Shown piece after piece: positions 27,830-39,353 of a stretch of 64,000 bases of DNA (the stretch's first letter is position 1; the number at the start of each line of letters is the position of its first letter). The notes beneath the pieces are model-generated. The model saw only the letters and a program-made list of their open reading frames with translations, searched no databases and was not told the DNA's origin. The DNA is taken from NCBI GenBank assembly GCA_963737635.1, contig CAVTTL010000001.1, positions 800,001 through 864,000 on the forward strand. Direction: 5' to 3'. The translations under genes were made by a program, and so were the position numbers. Source of the stretch: an uncultured Methanoregulaceae archaeon. GTDB taxonomy: Archaea > Halobacteriota > Methanomicrobia > Methanomicrobiales > Methanospirillaceae.

Positions 27830-30004
27830 TCACTTTCCGGAATGAGCAGCGGGATCCTGATCCGCATCCGGCAGAACGGTAACCGGTATGTGTGCAAGGG
27901 TCCGGATTACATCCCTGATGGGGTAATAATCGGTAAGCACCATCTCCCGGAATGCCCAATCCGGGAGCATTCCTGCAAATTTCCAGGGATCCGGGGCGGG
28001 AAGAGGAAGGTAATCAGAAATCGTATCCTGATATAGACCCGGGATCGACCGGAAGGCAGCTTCAACCCGTACGGCAGCCCCGGTCTTTCCGGCCCGCAAG
28101 ACCCGGACCCGTTCATCGTCATACCTGACCTGGACCCGGCCGAGCGCCCCCTTGAGAAGAAACGCCAGCACCTGATTGAACCGGGCACCAAAAAAGGAAT
28201 ATACGACTACCTCCCTGCCGCCATTTCCCTTTTCCTCGCGGATAAAGATCCCCTGTTCTTGGATACCGGTCGGCAGGGCGCCGATCGCCTTGTTAAGTGT
28301 GTCCGTATCACCGGGACCAAGAGGGAGGGTTGTCCTCCCTCGGGCGACGATTCGCTGGACGGCACTGCAGATCACCGGGGAAAACGCAGCCTCTCCACCT
28401 GCCGACCAGAAGACCCGGGATGTGCCCGTTGTGTTCCCGCCTGGTACCACCACGACAAGATTATGGCTCTCATCGCATTTGACTACCGACCAGGTTGCCC
28501 CCCCCAGAGTGAATGCCCCCGGTTCCATACGGTTCGCAAACCGGGCATCGACGCTGCCCACGATCTCTCCGTCCGGCGTCACCGCCCGGGTCCTCGCCTC
28601 CCCCCGGAATCACCGAGTACAGGTCCCGGTAATTTGATCGCCCCAGGACCCGTTCGGCCTCTGGCCCAAGCGTCAGCATCTCGCCGTCAGCAGAAAGATA
28701 CCCCGATGAGAGCAGGTGGGTAAGGATCTGGTGCAGATCATCAGCGGAAAAGCAGGCAAATGCAAAGAATGAAAGAAGATCGCGCACGATGGTGCCCCGG
28801 CGCCCGGGATGCGGAAAGGACATAAAGGAAGATCTGCTGGACGAGCACGTTCCAGGGTTTTTCCAGTGGCTGGAGGAGTTCTGTTCTCCGTTCTTTCGCA
28901 CATTCGATCACAGCGCAGCTGGTGAGAAGGTCTCTTGGATCAGAAAGGAGCCACGCAACAAACGCGGCCTGGTCACGCCGGCCGCTCCGGCCCATCCTCT
29001 GCAAAAACGAGGAGACTGAGTGTGGCGGACTCACCTGCACGACAATATCAAGATTCCCGATATCGATGCCGAGCTCGAGGGTGCTTGTGCAGATGATGCA
29101 TGCCCCCTGGCTTTCATGGAACGCCTCCTCTGCCTCTTTTTTTTGGGCAGGCGCAAGCGATGAGTGATGGATGTGCAGGTTTTTTATCCGGCCGGCTGCC
29201 TCCTGGAGGATCTGCTCCGCAGTGCTGCGGCTGTTGACAAAGACAAGCGCCTTTTTACCGGAAACAAGCTTGGCAAGGGCATCGATCCTGCGGGGCGGAT
29301 CGGGTTCAATCACAAACCGGAACTTTTTTTCCGTAGCTGGTACCGGGACAGTAACGAGCCGGTGGCTGCGACGCCCCCCTGAGAACCACGTGAGGATCTC
29401 ATCAGGGTTTCCGACTGTGGCCGAAAGCCCGATACGCTGCACCGGGGCCGCTGCGATCCGGTCGAGCCGGTCAAGCAGGATCCTGAGGTGCACACCCCGC
29501 TCCGATTCCACAAACGCGTGCAGTTCGTCAACGATAACGTACCGCAGGTTTGCAAGAGCGGCGGCAGGTCCCTGTTCGTGCAGGATAACCTCAAGCGATT
29601 CCGGGGTGATCAGCAGGAACTGCGGCGCGTCGTCCGGGTCCCACCCGCGGTCGCCTTTGGGAACATCGCCATGCCATTTGGAAAGGGAAAGACCGGTGGG
29701 CCGGCAGAATGTGGCAATCCGTTCCTCCTGGTCGTTTATGAGCGCCTTTAAAGGCGATAGGTAGAGGCAGGCGACCCCTTTAGTGCCGGATTTCAGGATA
29801 TCATCGATAACCGGTATGAAGGCAGCCTCAGATTTTCCCCCGGCGGTCGGTGCGATGACGAGCACGTCGTTCCCCCCGTGGATTGCCTCGTATGCCTGCT
29901 CCTGAACCTCACGGAGCTCGCACCAGCCCAGTCGATCAGATAGAACGGCTTGGAGGGACTCGTGCAGGGTAGAGAATACTGATGGCCTGTTCGTAGTACT
30001 CCAT
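27830..30004 (-). CDS. Lhr-like DEAD/DEAH helicase, split by apparent frameshifts (near 28790 and 28590; start uncertain)
   Basis: 'APTAGGKSEAAF', 'SPLKALINDQ', 'VIVDELH', 'GLSATV', 'STLELGIDIG', 'QRMGRSGR'. Confidence 0.88.
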
Positions 30005-30183
30005 TGTGCAGGACGTATTATGGTCTTTGCGGACAGCCGGCCCGCCGTATGAGGGATACAAGGAAGGAGGCGCACAGGAAACAGGTTCCCGGGAGAATGT
30101 ATTTTCCCGGCGGAAATGCCTCGTATGCCCGGATTTATTTTTGTGAGAGAAACTTTTTTTGGTCGCAGGGCGGACACATATTC

Positions 30184-30516
30184 ATGGAACTCACGGAAAA
30201 AAAATGCTCAACCTATAAGCCCGGCTCGCCGCCTATCACACGAAAGGATACCATTGAACTTTTAAAGGAAGTGCCGGGCTGGTCGCTTGAAAACGGCCAC
30301 CTGATACGCATGTTCACCTTCGATAATGCCGATGATGCCATTGAATTCTTAAACACTGTGCTGACGATGTCCACGGAAGAGGGCCACATCCCCGACCTTG
30401 CCATGAAGGAGGGCAGGTTCATCGAAGTGGGCTTCTATACGTACCCCGCTGGTGGGCTTACTCTTAATAATTTCATCATGGCTGCAAAGATCAACGAGCG
30501 GCAGAATAACGACTAA
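30184..30516 (+). CDS. pterin-4a-carbinolamine dehydratase-like protein (catalytic His residues partly lost)
   Basis: 'VPGWSL...L.R.FTF....AIEFLN.V...EEGHIPDL...GGLT.N.FIMAAKI'. Confidence 0.8.
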   Translation: MELTEKKCSTYKPGSPPITRKDTIELLKEVPGWSLENGHLIRMFTFDNADDAIEFLNTVLTMSTEEGHIPDLAMKEGRFIEVGFYTYPAGGLTLNNFIMAAKINERQNND

Positions 30517-30641
30517 AACAATCAAAACGGGCAACCTTTTTTCCCGGGTAGGCACCCGCACCTCGAGGGATTCCCGGCAGGGTAAATATAAATCGGTTTT
30601 TTTGGCGTATTGGATCCCAATCCGGAAAAAAAGTCAGAAAA

Positions 30642-33550
30642 TTATTGGTATTCCGGCGGCTGGACTTTCGCAGGAAGGCCGCCCTTGAAGTGCTGCTGGA
30701 TCTTGCCGTAATAGTCTCGAAGGTTGTCATTCATGGTCGGGTGAACTTTCTTCTTTGCATCTTCAAAATGCTTCAGGGTGACATTTGAGGGAACTTTTCC
30801 TTTTTGGATTAACGATTTTACACTAGTTTCCAAATCGTCTTTGGACATTTTTGCAATGTCATGACCCGTAATTGTTAGATATTCGTTGAGATCTTTAAAT
30901 ACCGCTTCCTCATACGGAGCACCATTCTTTTGCTCGTTGTCGCCTCTTTTCGGCGGATTTGTGATAGTAACAATCTTCTCCAAATCTGACTTTACTAATG
31001 ATTTCGATTCAAAAGATTCTTTTTCTTGCAAATTTTTCAAAAACATTTCTATCGAATTTATTGCCTTATCTCGACTGATTATTTCACGCATTGCTAACAT
31101 TCCAGCTTCCCGACAAAGGGCTTCGAGATCCGCACCTACGAAACCATCGGTATTCTGGCTAAGAGATGTGATTTTCTCGTCTCGAGTCGGGTCCTCGAAC
31201 GTCAAATTCTTCTCGCGCATCAGATCTACCAGTCTTCGCCGCCTCGCACCTTTCGAGATCTTTGCATTCGCGTGCTTTATGGTGGCCTTTACAATTTCCG
31301 AAGTAATTTTTACATCCCTACCCAGTTTGTCGACCAGATCACTCAGTGCATCTTTAGTGTAACCTTCAGTCATGTCGACAATCATTTCGAACGCCTGCTC
31401 CTCGAACGTGAGATTCTTTTCGCGCATTAGATCGGACAGCCTTCGCTGCCTCTCACCCTTCAATTTTTTTGCTTCCTCATCTTTTTCCTTTATCGCGGAT
31501 TTTATGGTCTCTGCAGTAATTTTTGCATCTTTTCCCATTTTCTCGACAATCTCACCCAGTGCGTCCTCAGTGTACCCCTCAGTCAGGCAGACTATCTCTT
31601 CGAGCACCGAGCCTTCGAGCGGCATGAAAGCGGTATGTATCCCGATGATCTTACGCCGGTCTTCAAGTGTCGGCTCGCCGATGTAGACCAGCCGGTCGAA
31701 CCGGCCGGCCCGCAGGAGTGCTGGGTCCACAATATCCGGCCGGTTGGTCGCTCCCATAACAACGACATCCTTGAGTTCCTCGAGGCCGTCCATCTCGGTC
31801 AGGATCTGGTTAAGCACATTATCGATCACGTGGGAATCGCTTGAGGTTCCCCGGGCCGGGGCAAGCGCATCGATCTCGTCAAAAAAGATGATCGATGGTG
31901 ACACCTGCCGGGCCTTCCGGAAGATCTCCCGCACCGCCCGTTCGCTTTCACCCACCCATTTGGAGAGGAGCTGCGGGCCCCGTACTGGGATGAAATTGGC
32001 TCCGCTCTCGCTTGCCACCGCTTTTGCGATCAGCGTCTTCCCCGTACCCGGCGGCCCATAAAGCAGCACGCCCCGGGGCGGCTCGATCCCGAGATCGTCG
32101 AACCGGTCGCGGTGGGTCAGTGGGTACTCGACAGCCTCACGGACTTCGGTCTTTGCCGCATCAAGCCCGCCGACCGCATCCCATTTCACATGCGAGACTT
32201 CGAGCATCACTTCACGCATCGCGCTCGGGCCTACGTCCCTTTGGGCACTCCGGAAGTCACTCGCAAGCACCCGCAGCTTGTCAAGTGTCTCCTGGTCGAT
32301 CTCCGCCTTGTCAAGATCGAGATCGGGCAGGTAGCGCCGGAGGGCCCGGATCGCTGCCTCCCGGGCAAGTGCGGCAAGGTCGGCGCCGACAAACCCATGG
32401 GTCTGCTGGGCAAGGATCTCAAGGCTCACGTCCTCGGCAAGCGGCATACCACGGGTATGGATCTTTAAGATCTCGATCCGGTCGAGTTCGCTTGGGACAC
32501 CAATCTCGATCTCCCGGTCGAACCGGCCGGGCAGGCGCAGGGCGGCGTCAATCGCGTCGACCCGGTTCGTGGCGCCAATCACCACGACCTGCCCACGTTC
32601 CTCAAGACCATCCATCATCGTCAGGAGCTGGGCGACGACCCGGCGTTCGACCTCCCCGGTCACTTCTTCGCGCCGGGGCGCAATAGAATCCAGTTCGTCA
32701 ATGAAGATGATCGAGGGGGCATTTTCCCGTGCCTCTTCGAAGACCTCACGAAGGCGCTGCTCGCTTTCGCCATAATATTTTGAGATTACTTCGGGGCCGG
32801 CGATCGAAATGAAGTGCGCCCCGCTCTCGCTTGCCACCGCCTTTGCAATCAGGGTCTTACCCGTCCCCGGCGGGCCGTAGAGGAGTACTCCCTTGGGCGG
32901 CTCGATCCCCAATTTCTGGAAGAGCTCCGGTGCCTAAGAGGAAGCTCGATCGTTTCGCGGAGCCGCTGGAGCTCGTCTTTTAAACCCCCAATATCCTCGT
33001 ACGAGAATCGCTTTACGCCTTCGAATCCCGCGGCTGGCTTGTCCGAGAACTCGACAGATGTATTCTTGGTGATAATCACGGCCTCTTCCGGCTCTATCTC
33101 GACCACCTTGAACGCGACGATCTGCGGCTGGATAAAGGGCATACCGAGCATAATCGGGATCGAATCGTTTTTTACTACCGGGAAATCCAGCAGGCCGTTG
33201 ATAACATGCGGATTATTCGCAATCGGAATCTTTTTTGGCAGATCCTCGGGAGGGGCAAGCACCACGCGCTTTGCCTCGATCTCTTCGGAGAGCGTCGATA
33301 CCTTCACGGTATCCCCGATACTCACACCAGCATTGAGCCGGGTAAAATTGTCGATCCGGATCTTCCTTTGGTTCCAGTCTTCGACTAGGGAACGCCACAC
33401 TTTTGCCACGGTTCGGCGCTTCCCCTCGATTACCACGAGATCCCCTGGTGAAATTTTCAGAAGGAGCATGGTTTCAGGGTCGAGTCTTGCTTTTCCCCCG
33501 CCCTGGTCACCGGGATATGCAGAGTCGACCTTTAGTTGCACTTCAGGCAT
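30642..33550 (-). CDS. cdc48: CDC48/VAT family AAA+ ATPase, frameshift near 32925
   Basis: N-domain '[19 protein letters not shown]', 'SYEDIGGL', two Walker A motifs 'GPPGTGKT', Walker B 'IIFIDELD' and 'IIFFDEID'. Confidence 0.95.
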
Positions 33551-33592
33551 TACCTTAAAGGTCATATACGCAGGGATTTATAGGTACTGTAA

Positions 33593-34814
33593 ATGCGAAT
33601 CCTCATTTTTGACCCGTTTCACGGCGCAGCAGGGGACATGATCACCGCTGCCCTGATCGCCTGTGGAGCGGACCGGGAGCGGGTCGTTGCCGCAATGCGA
33701 ACCGTAGTTACCGATCCAACGGTAGAGATTGTCAATCGGGCCGGGATCCGGGCAGTCAGGGTGCATACCCACGCCACACCGGAACACAGGACACTTGCTG
33801 AAGTTGGAAAAAAACTGGATGCTGTGGCTACTCTGGTGCCCGAAAACGTCCTTGCCATGGCACGTCGCGTATTTTTGCGGCTCAACACTGCGGAAGAGAG
33901 CGTCCACGGGGAACATGTTCACTTCCACGAAGTGGGCGCCGACGACGCTATTGCGGATATTATCGGAGCATGCACCGCACTCTCATCGCTTGAAGTGGAC
34001 GGGGTTGCCGTGCTGCCGGTTGCACTGGGATCCGGTATGGCTACTGGATCGCATGGTCGTTTCCCAGTCCCGGCTCCAGCAACAGTCGCAATCCTTGCTG
34101 GATCCGGCCTTACTGCCATTCCCGGAGGAGACGACGGCGAACTCTGTACGCCCACCGGCGCTGCTCTGCTCGCCGAGTTTGTAGCTACAATGCCCGGCTC
34201 TCCTTGAAACTTACAAGATACTCGCGACTGGTTATGGTGCCGGGAGCAGGGACCCGAAGCATATTCCAAACGTACTGCGGGCAATGTTGGTAGAGACAAC
34301 CTGTGACCCTGCCGCAATGTCGCAGGACACCGTTGATATTCTCGAGACAAATGTCGATGATGTGAGCGGGGAAGTGATCGGGATGGCACTTGTACGGTTT
34401 ATGGCTGCCGGGGCCAGGGACGCAAGCGCAACACCGATCCTGATGAAAAAAGGTAGGCCGGGATATTTGGTTACCGTTATAGCACCGCCGGCATCAGCGG
34501 CCGTCCTTGCCCGGCTCATGGCACGTGAACTGGGAACGCTTGGCGTCCGGTGCATCCCTTCTGTCCACCGGTTTACCGCGGAGAGATCGATCGCCGATGT
34601 CGATGTGGTCATTGCCGGGCATAATAAACGTTTACCGGTGAAATGCGGGTGGATGGACGGGAATATCTACACATGCAAGGCGGAATTCGATGCCGCATGG
34701 CACGTCGCGGAGGAACTGGATGTACCAGTCCGCGATGTGCTTCATGCTGCACAAGTTGCCGCAGAGAGGCAGGCCGGCAAACACAATCGCCGGGAAGATC
34801 CGGGTGACCGATGA
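33593..34814 (+). CDS. larC: nickel pincer cofactor biosynthesis protein LarC (frameshift near 34200)
   Basis: 'FDPFHGAAGDM', 'VHFHEVGADDAIADI', 'PVPAPAT', 'ELCTPTGAA', 'GYGAG', 'LETNVDD..GE', 'MKKGRPG'. Confidence 0.92.
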
Positions 34815-35488
34815 ATACCTCAAGGCGCAGCAGCGGGAACGCGGCTCTGGACCGGCTACTTGGCGGAGGGCTCGAACTGCGGACTATTACCCAGATTTAT
34901 GGGGGGCCGGCGAGCGGTAAGAGCACACTGAGTATGGTCGCCGCTGTCTCCTGCCTGCGATCCGGGGGTTCGGTTATTTTCATCGATTCTGAGGGGTTCT
35001 CTAGTGAGCGGTTCCAGCAGATCGCAGGCAGTGATACTGAGGCAACAGCGGACAGGCTCTTCCTCTTCGAACCCATAGACTTCGAACAGCAGGGTGCTAT
35101 GATTGCAGAAGCGGACAAGATACTCCGGCAACACAAGCCCGGCCTCGTCGTACTTGACTCAGCAACCGCACTCTACCGGACTGATCTCGAGAAGGGCAGG
35201 GACGCCATGCAGATGCTCACCCGGCAGATGCTCCAGCTGCTGGGGTACGCAAAAAGGTACGAACCGGCAGTCCTCATCACCAATCAGGTCTACATGGACA
35301 CTACAAGAAATGTATTTGTGGGTCTAGGGGGAACGCCGCTGGAACATATATCAAAAGTTATTATCCGTCTGGACCGGCTCGATGCGCTCGGGTGGCGGCG
35401 CGCAACTCTTGTCAAGCACCGGTCGCGGGCTGAGGGCGCGTCGTTCGATTTCGAGATAATACAGGAAGGGACCAGGGCACGGGAATAA
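34811..35488 (+). CDS. radB: DNA repair and recombination protein RadB
   Basis: 'LDRLLGGG', 'YGGPASGKST', 'VVLDSATALYR', 'ITNQVY', C-terminal KHR motif. Confidence 0.93.
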   Translation: MNTSRRSSGNAALDRLLGGGLELRTITQIYGGPASGKSTLSMVAAVSCLRSGGSVIFIDSEGFSSERFQQIAGSDTEATADRLFLFEPIDFEQQGAMIAEADKILRQHKPGLVVLDSATALYRTDLEKGRDAMQMLTRQMLQLLGYAKRYEPAVLITNQVYMDTTRNVFVGLGGTPLEHISKVIIRLDRLDALGWRRATLVKHRSRAEGASFDFEIIQEGTRARE

Positions 35489-35576
35489 ACCGTCCCTTTG
35501 AACGCCCCTTATGATATTTATAAAAGACCGAAACTGCTGAATTTTTAATATATTCAATACAGATTTTATTTCGTTA

Positions 35577-37271
35577 ATGGTGCTGAGACAACAGACCGCC
35601 GAAAAGATTAAGGGGATTCTCAAAAAGAACCCCCAGGGCCTGAGTATCACCGAAATTGTCCGGGAAATCCGTATAAACAGGAACACCGCCGGAAGACTCC
35701 TGGAAAAACTCCTTGTTTCCGGACAGGTGGAGATGCGCCATTTCGGCATGGCGAAGATCTATGCGCTCGCCAACCGCGTGCCCGTTTCTGCAGTTCTCTC
35801 TATCTCCTCAGAACACATCTTGCAACTTGACAGCAGTACCAGGATCGTTTTTATCAACGACGCATTTGCCCGCTTCCTCGCCACCCAAGCCAACGACCTT
35901 GTAGGGAAAAATATCGAATACTCGCCACTGGTAACGGCATTTGACGATCTTTTCACTGCATTTTTAACCCGGGTAAGAGCGGGATTGGACGGTACCGAGT
36001 GGCAGGGCGAGCTTGGCCCGGCTAAAGGAGGGATCATCTTCTCCTGCCGGATTGCCCCGACAGCACTTGATCACGGACAAAAAGGCGTGTCCATTATTCT
36101 TGACGATATTACCAGCAAGAAGAGGGCTGAAGAGCTTCTGCGTGAGAGTGAAGAACGGTACCGCATGCTCGCCGAGATTTCCAGCGATCTAATCTATCTG
36201 ATCGGGCACGACGACCGGGTCGAGTATGTCAACGGCTATGCCGCTGAGTTTCTCGGGAAAACTCCCTCAGAGGTAATAGGGAAAGTCCGGTCATCTTTGT
36301 TCCCTCCGGAAACGGCACGGCATCAGGAGAGGATGCTACAGAATGTTTTTGCCACCGGCAATTCCGCACACAGCGAAGGGCCATTGTCGGTAAGAGGAGA
36401 GACACGGTGGTTCGATCACATGCTCGTACCGCTGAAGAGCCCCGACGGATCAGTGCGGGCAGTTCTTGGTATTTCCCGCGACATTACTGAGCGGAAACGG
36501 TCAGAAGAAACATTAAGAAGCAGTGAAGAGCGATATCGGCGGCTGTTGCAACGTTCGTTCGACGCGATCGTGATCCACAAAAATGGTGTTATTTCCCTTG
36601 CAAACCGGGTTGCTGCCGGTCTCATGGGGGCACCGTCACCTGCAGACTTTGTTGGGAAAAATATTTTCGACTTCGTCCATCCGGATTATCACGGTATGGT
36701 CCGGGAACGAATGGCAGCTTTAACCTGCGCTGACGAACTGACTGCGGTCGATGTGGCCGAAGAAAAATTCCTGAGAACAGATGGTACGGTGATCGATGTA
36801 GAGGTCGTCGCCACGAGTTTCATCGATAACGGCGAGCCAGCAGTTCAGGTCGTATTCCGTGATATCACCCGGCGCAGGGAATTGCTGGAAAAACTGCGGC
36901 ATTCGGAAGAGAAATACCGGACTCTGGTCGAACACAGCCAAAACGGAGTATTCATTATCCAGGGCCGGCTGATCAGGTATGTCAACTCGGCATTTGCCCG
37001 GATCTTGGGAGGGGTACCGGCTGATTTTGTCATGCATGATTTTTCAGAATTTATCGCGCCGGAAAACCGGGATTTCGTGCTCGAACGGGGCCGTCGCCGT
37101 CAACAAGGCCATCACGTGCCGGAAAATTATGAGTGCAATCTGTTAAAACGCGACGGCGTCACCCAAGTTTCGGTCTCTCTTGATGCCGGGCTTATCTCAT
37201 ATGAAGGAAAACCGGCGAGCATGGGGACCGTACGAGACATCACCGTACGCAAACACACTGAAATGAGCTGA
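35577..37271 (+). CDS. N-terminal HTH plus four PAS domains (one-component sensor/regulator)
   Basis: 'GLSITEIVREIRINRNTAGRLLEKL' HTH; repeated 'SEERYR..', 'RDITERK' PAS/PAC signatures; no kinase domain. Confidence 0.88.
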   Translation: MVLRQQTAEKIKGILKKNPQGLSITEIVREIRINRNTAGRLLEKLLVSGQVEMRHFGMAKIYALANRVPVSAVLSISSEHILQLDSSTRIVFINDAFARFLATQANDLVGKNIEYSPLVTAFDDLFTAFLTRVRAGLDGTEWQGELGPAKGGIIFSCRIAPTALDHGQKGVSIILDDITSKKRAEELLRESEERYRMLAEISSDLIYLIGHDDRVEYVNGYAAEFLGKTPSEVIGKVRSSLFPPETARHQERMLQNVFATGNSAHSEGPLSVRGETRWFDHMLVPLKSPDGSVRAVLGISRDITERKRSEETLRSSEERYRRLLQRSFDAIVIHKNGVISLANRVAAGLMGAPSPADFVGKNIFDFVHPDYHGMVRERMAALTCADELTAVDVAEEKFLRTDGTVIDVEVVATSFIDNGEPAVQVVFRDITRRRELLEKLRHSEEKYRTLVEHSQNGVFIIQGRLIRYVNSAFARILGGVPADFVMHDFSEFIAPENRDFVLERGRRRQQGHHVPENYECNLLKRDGVTQVSVSLDAGLISYEGKPASMGTVRDITVRKHTEMS

Positions 37272-37340
37272 GTGCCATTTGGTCACTTTCACCCCCTGCC
37301 TGCCGCTTCTTTATAAGAAAGTCATGCCAGACAGGAGTGC

Positions 37341-38426
37341 ATGGCCGGGTGCACCGGGAAATTAGGAAAGCTGACCTCCGGCAGTCAATACGATGTCTGT
37401 ATGCCGGGAGAGTGTATGCAGATGCTCACCTCGGGTGCCTGCATTACATACAACCAGAATGCCGGAGGATGCAACCGGATGCTCAAGGCGCTCCTCCATG
37501 GAAGCTGCTCGTTCGATTGCGCATACTGTCCGATCCGGCTCGATCGATCGCACCTCGCATTCGCTCCCCGCGAGCTGGCAGAGATGTTCCTTGACCTGTA
37601 CCACAAAAACCTCGCCGGAGGTCTTTTTCTCACATCCGGTATTCCGTACGACGTCGACGAGGTAATGGGAGAACTCGTCGAGACAGCCCGGATCCTCCGG
37701 GAGAAGGGATACGGCGGGTACCTGCACCTGAAGATCCTGCCTGGAGCACGAAGGGATGATATATGCGAGGCCGCACGTCTTGCAGACCGGATCAGCCTTA
37801 ACATTGAGACGACAAGCGACAGCCGGCTCCGTGCCCTTTCCGGGATCAAGGAGTATGCTGGTGATATCGTAAAGCGGCTCAACTGGATTGCCGAAGCAGC
37901 GCCCGGGAGGCATACCACGCAGCTCATAATCGGCGCGGCAGGAGAGACGGACAGGGAGATTTTAGAGTGTATTACGTCGCTGTACGAGCGGGTGCACCCC
38001 TCGCGGATCTATTATTCGGCCTTCAGAGCGCTGCCGAAAACCCGGCTGGCCCTGCAAAAAAACACACCTGCCTGGCGTTCACGACGCTGGTATCAAATGG
38101 ATTATTTGATCCGGGAGTACGGGTACGCCAAGAGTGAACTGCTTTCCCTGCTGGAGGAGAATGGAGCGCTCACGAACGACGACCCCAAATCGCTTCTTGC
38201 CCAAGGTAGGGAGCCGGTCGATCCCAATTCCGCATCGTTTTGCGATCTTATCCACATTCCCGGCATCGGAACCGAGACAGTACACGCGATTATCCGGGCC
38301 CGCGAACAACGGGCCATTCGTACGCCGCGGGATCTTGGTGTTCCGGGGGCGCGCTTGAAATGTGCGCTGCCCTACCTTGCATTTTCCGGCGCAGCCCGTC
38401 AGGCCACTCTTGAAAGATTCTGGTAA
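37341..38426 (+). CDS. putative DNA modification/repair radical SAM protein with helix-hairpin-helix
   Basis: CxxxCxxC 'CSFDCAYC', 'GLFLTSG', 'YLHLKILPG', 'IYYSAF', 'YQMDYLIREYG', HhH 'IPGIG'. Confidence 0.88.
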   Translation: MAGCTGKLGKLTSGSQYDVCMPGECMQMLTSGACITYNQNAGGCNRMLKALLHGSCSFDCAYCPIRLDRSHLAFAPRELAEMFLDLYHKNLAGGLFLTSGIPYDVDEVMGELVETARILREKGYGGYLHLKILPGARRDDICEAARLADRISLNIETTSDSRLRALSGIKEYAGDIVKRLNWIAEAAPGRHTTQLIIGAAGETDREILECITSLYERVHPSRIYYSAFRALPKTRLALQKNTPAWRSRRWYQMDYLIREYGYAKSELLSLLEENGALTNDDPKSLLAQGREPVDPNSASFCDLIHIPGIGTETVHAIIRAREQRAIRTPRDLGVPGARLKCALPYLAFSGAARQATLERFW

Positions 38427-38435
38427 AAGAAGATT

Positions 38436-39253
38436 TCAGTAGTTGATTAGACCAGCGTAAACCGTGACTGCAGGGCCTTCCATCTTCACGCCATCCGAGA
38501 AATGGATGGTGAGCGGGCCGCCTTTGGTCTCGACATAGATTGCATCCCCCATATACCCAAGCCGCCGTATAACTGCTGCAGCCGCTGTTGCCCCGGTCCC
38601 GCAGGAGAGAGTCTCTTCTTCAACGCCGCGCTCGAACGTGCGTATCCTGAGAGAATCATCTCCGGTCTTTTCTACAAAGTTTACATTGGCCCCCTCAGGA
38701 AACGACGCATGACGCCGGATTGGTGGGGCAACCGCAGCAATGTCTATGCTATCGACCGCGTCGACAAGGACAACGGCATGGGGAACACCGGTATTTGCAG
38801 CATAGACATCAAATTCCCCAATGCGCTCGTAATATTCGCCGTTCCCGGGAGATGGGATATCCCTGCGGTCGAATTTCGGCGTAGGCATGCTTATGATTGC
38901 GGTAAATTCCTCTTCTATGAACCTGGCCGTGACTCCCAGCAACCCCACCGATGTCTCGACGGTAAAAGCTTCCCCACGTACCCGGCATCGAGCGCGTACT
39001 TCGCCAGACACCGTATACCGTTTCCGCACATCTCGGCCTCGCTCTCATCAGGCTGAAAGATTCGCATCCTGATATCGCAGGTTGCGGACTTTGAAAGGTA
39101 GAGGATCCCGTCCGCTCCTATCCCGAATCTCCGGTCGCAGTAAAGTGCAGCGAATTGTGCCTTCATGTCATCAGGAATGACTGTTTTTTCATATTCATCA
39201 ATAAGGACAAAGTCGTTGCCGTTTCCATGTAATTTGGTAAAAGGTATTTCCAT
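38436..39253 (-). CDS. dapF: diaminopimelate epimerase (frameshift near 38965)
   Basis: 'FTKLHGNGNDFV', 'RRFGIGADG', 'EMCGNGIRC', 'GVPHAV', 'ERGVEEETLSCGTG'. Confidence 0.95.
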
Positions 39254-39353
39254 CTTGTTGCTCCTGACAGCTGACGCATCCCACGAGTACGGAGTGCAAC
39301 GCGCCCCTGATTACTGGTTGATTATTCATAAGGCTTTTTCTTCAATAAACACG

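Noticed and set aside
30790-31601. Intein in Cdc48
   Set aside because: No Cys/Ser start, His-Asn end or LAGLIDADG motifs in the inserts
32532-32534. Cdc48 D1 arginine-finger change (ALRLPGR instead of ALRRPGR)
   Set aside because: A single-base difference in an error-rich sequence; not interpretable without reads
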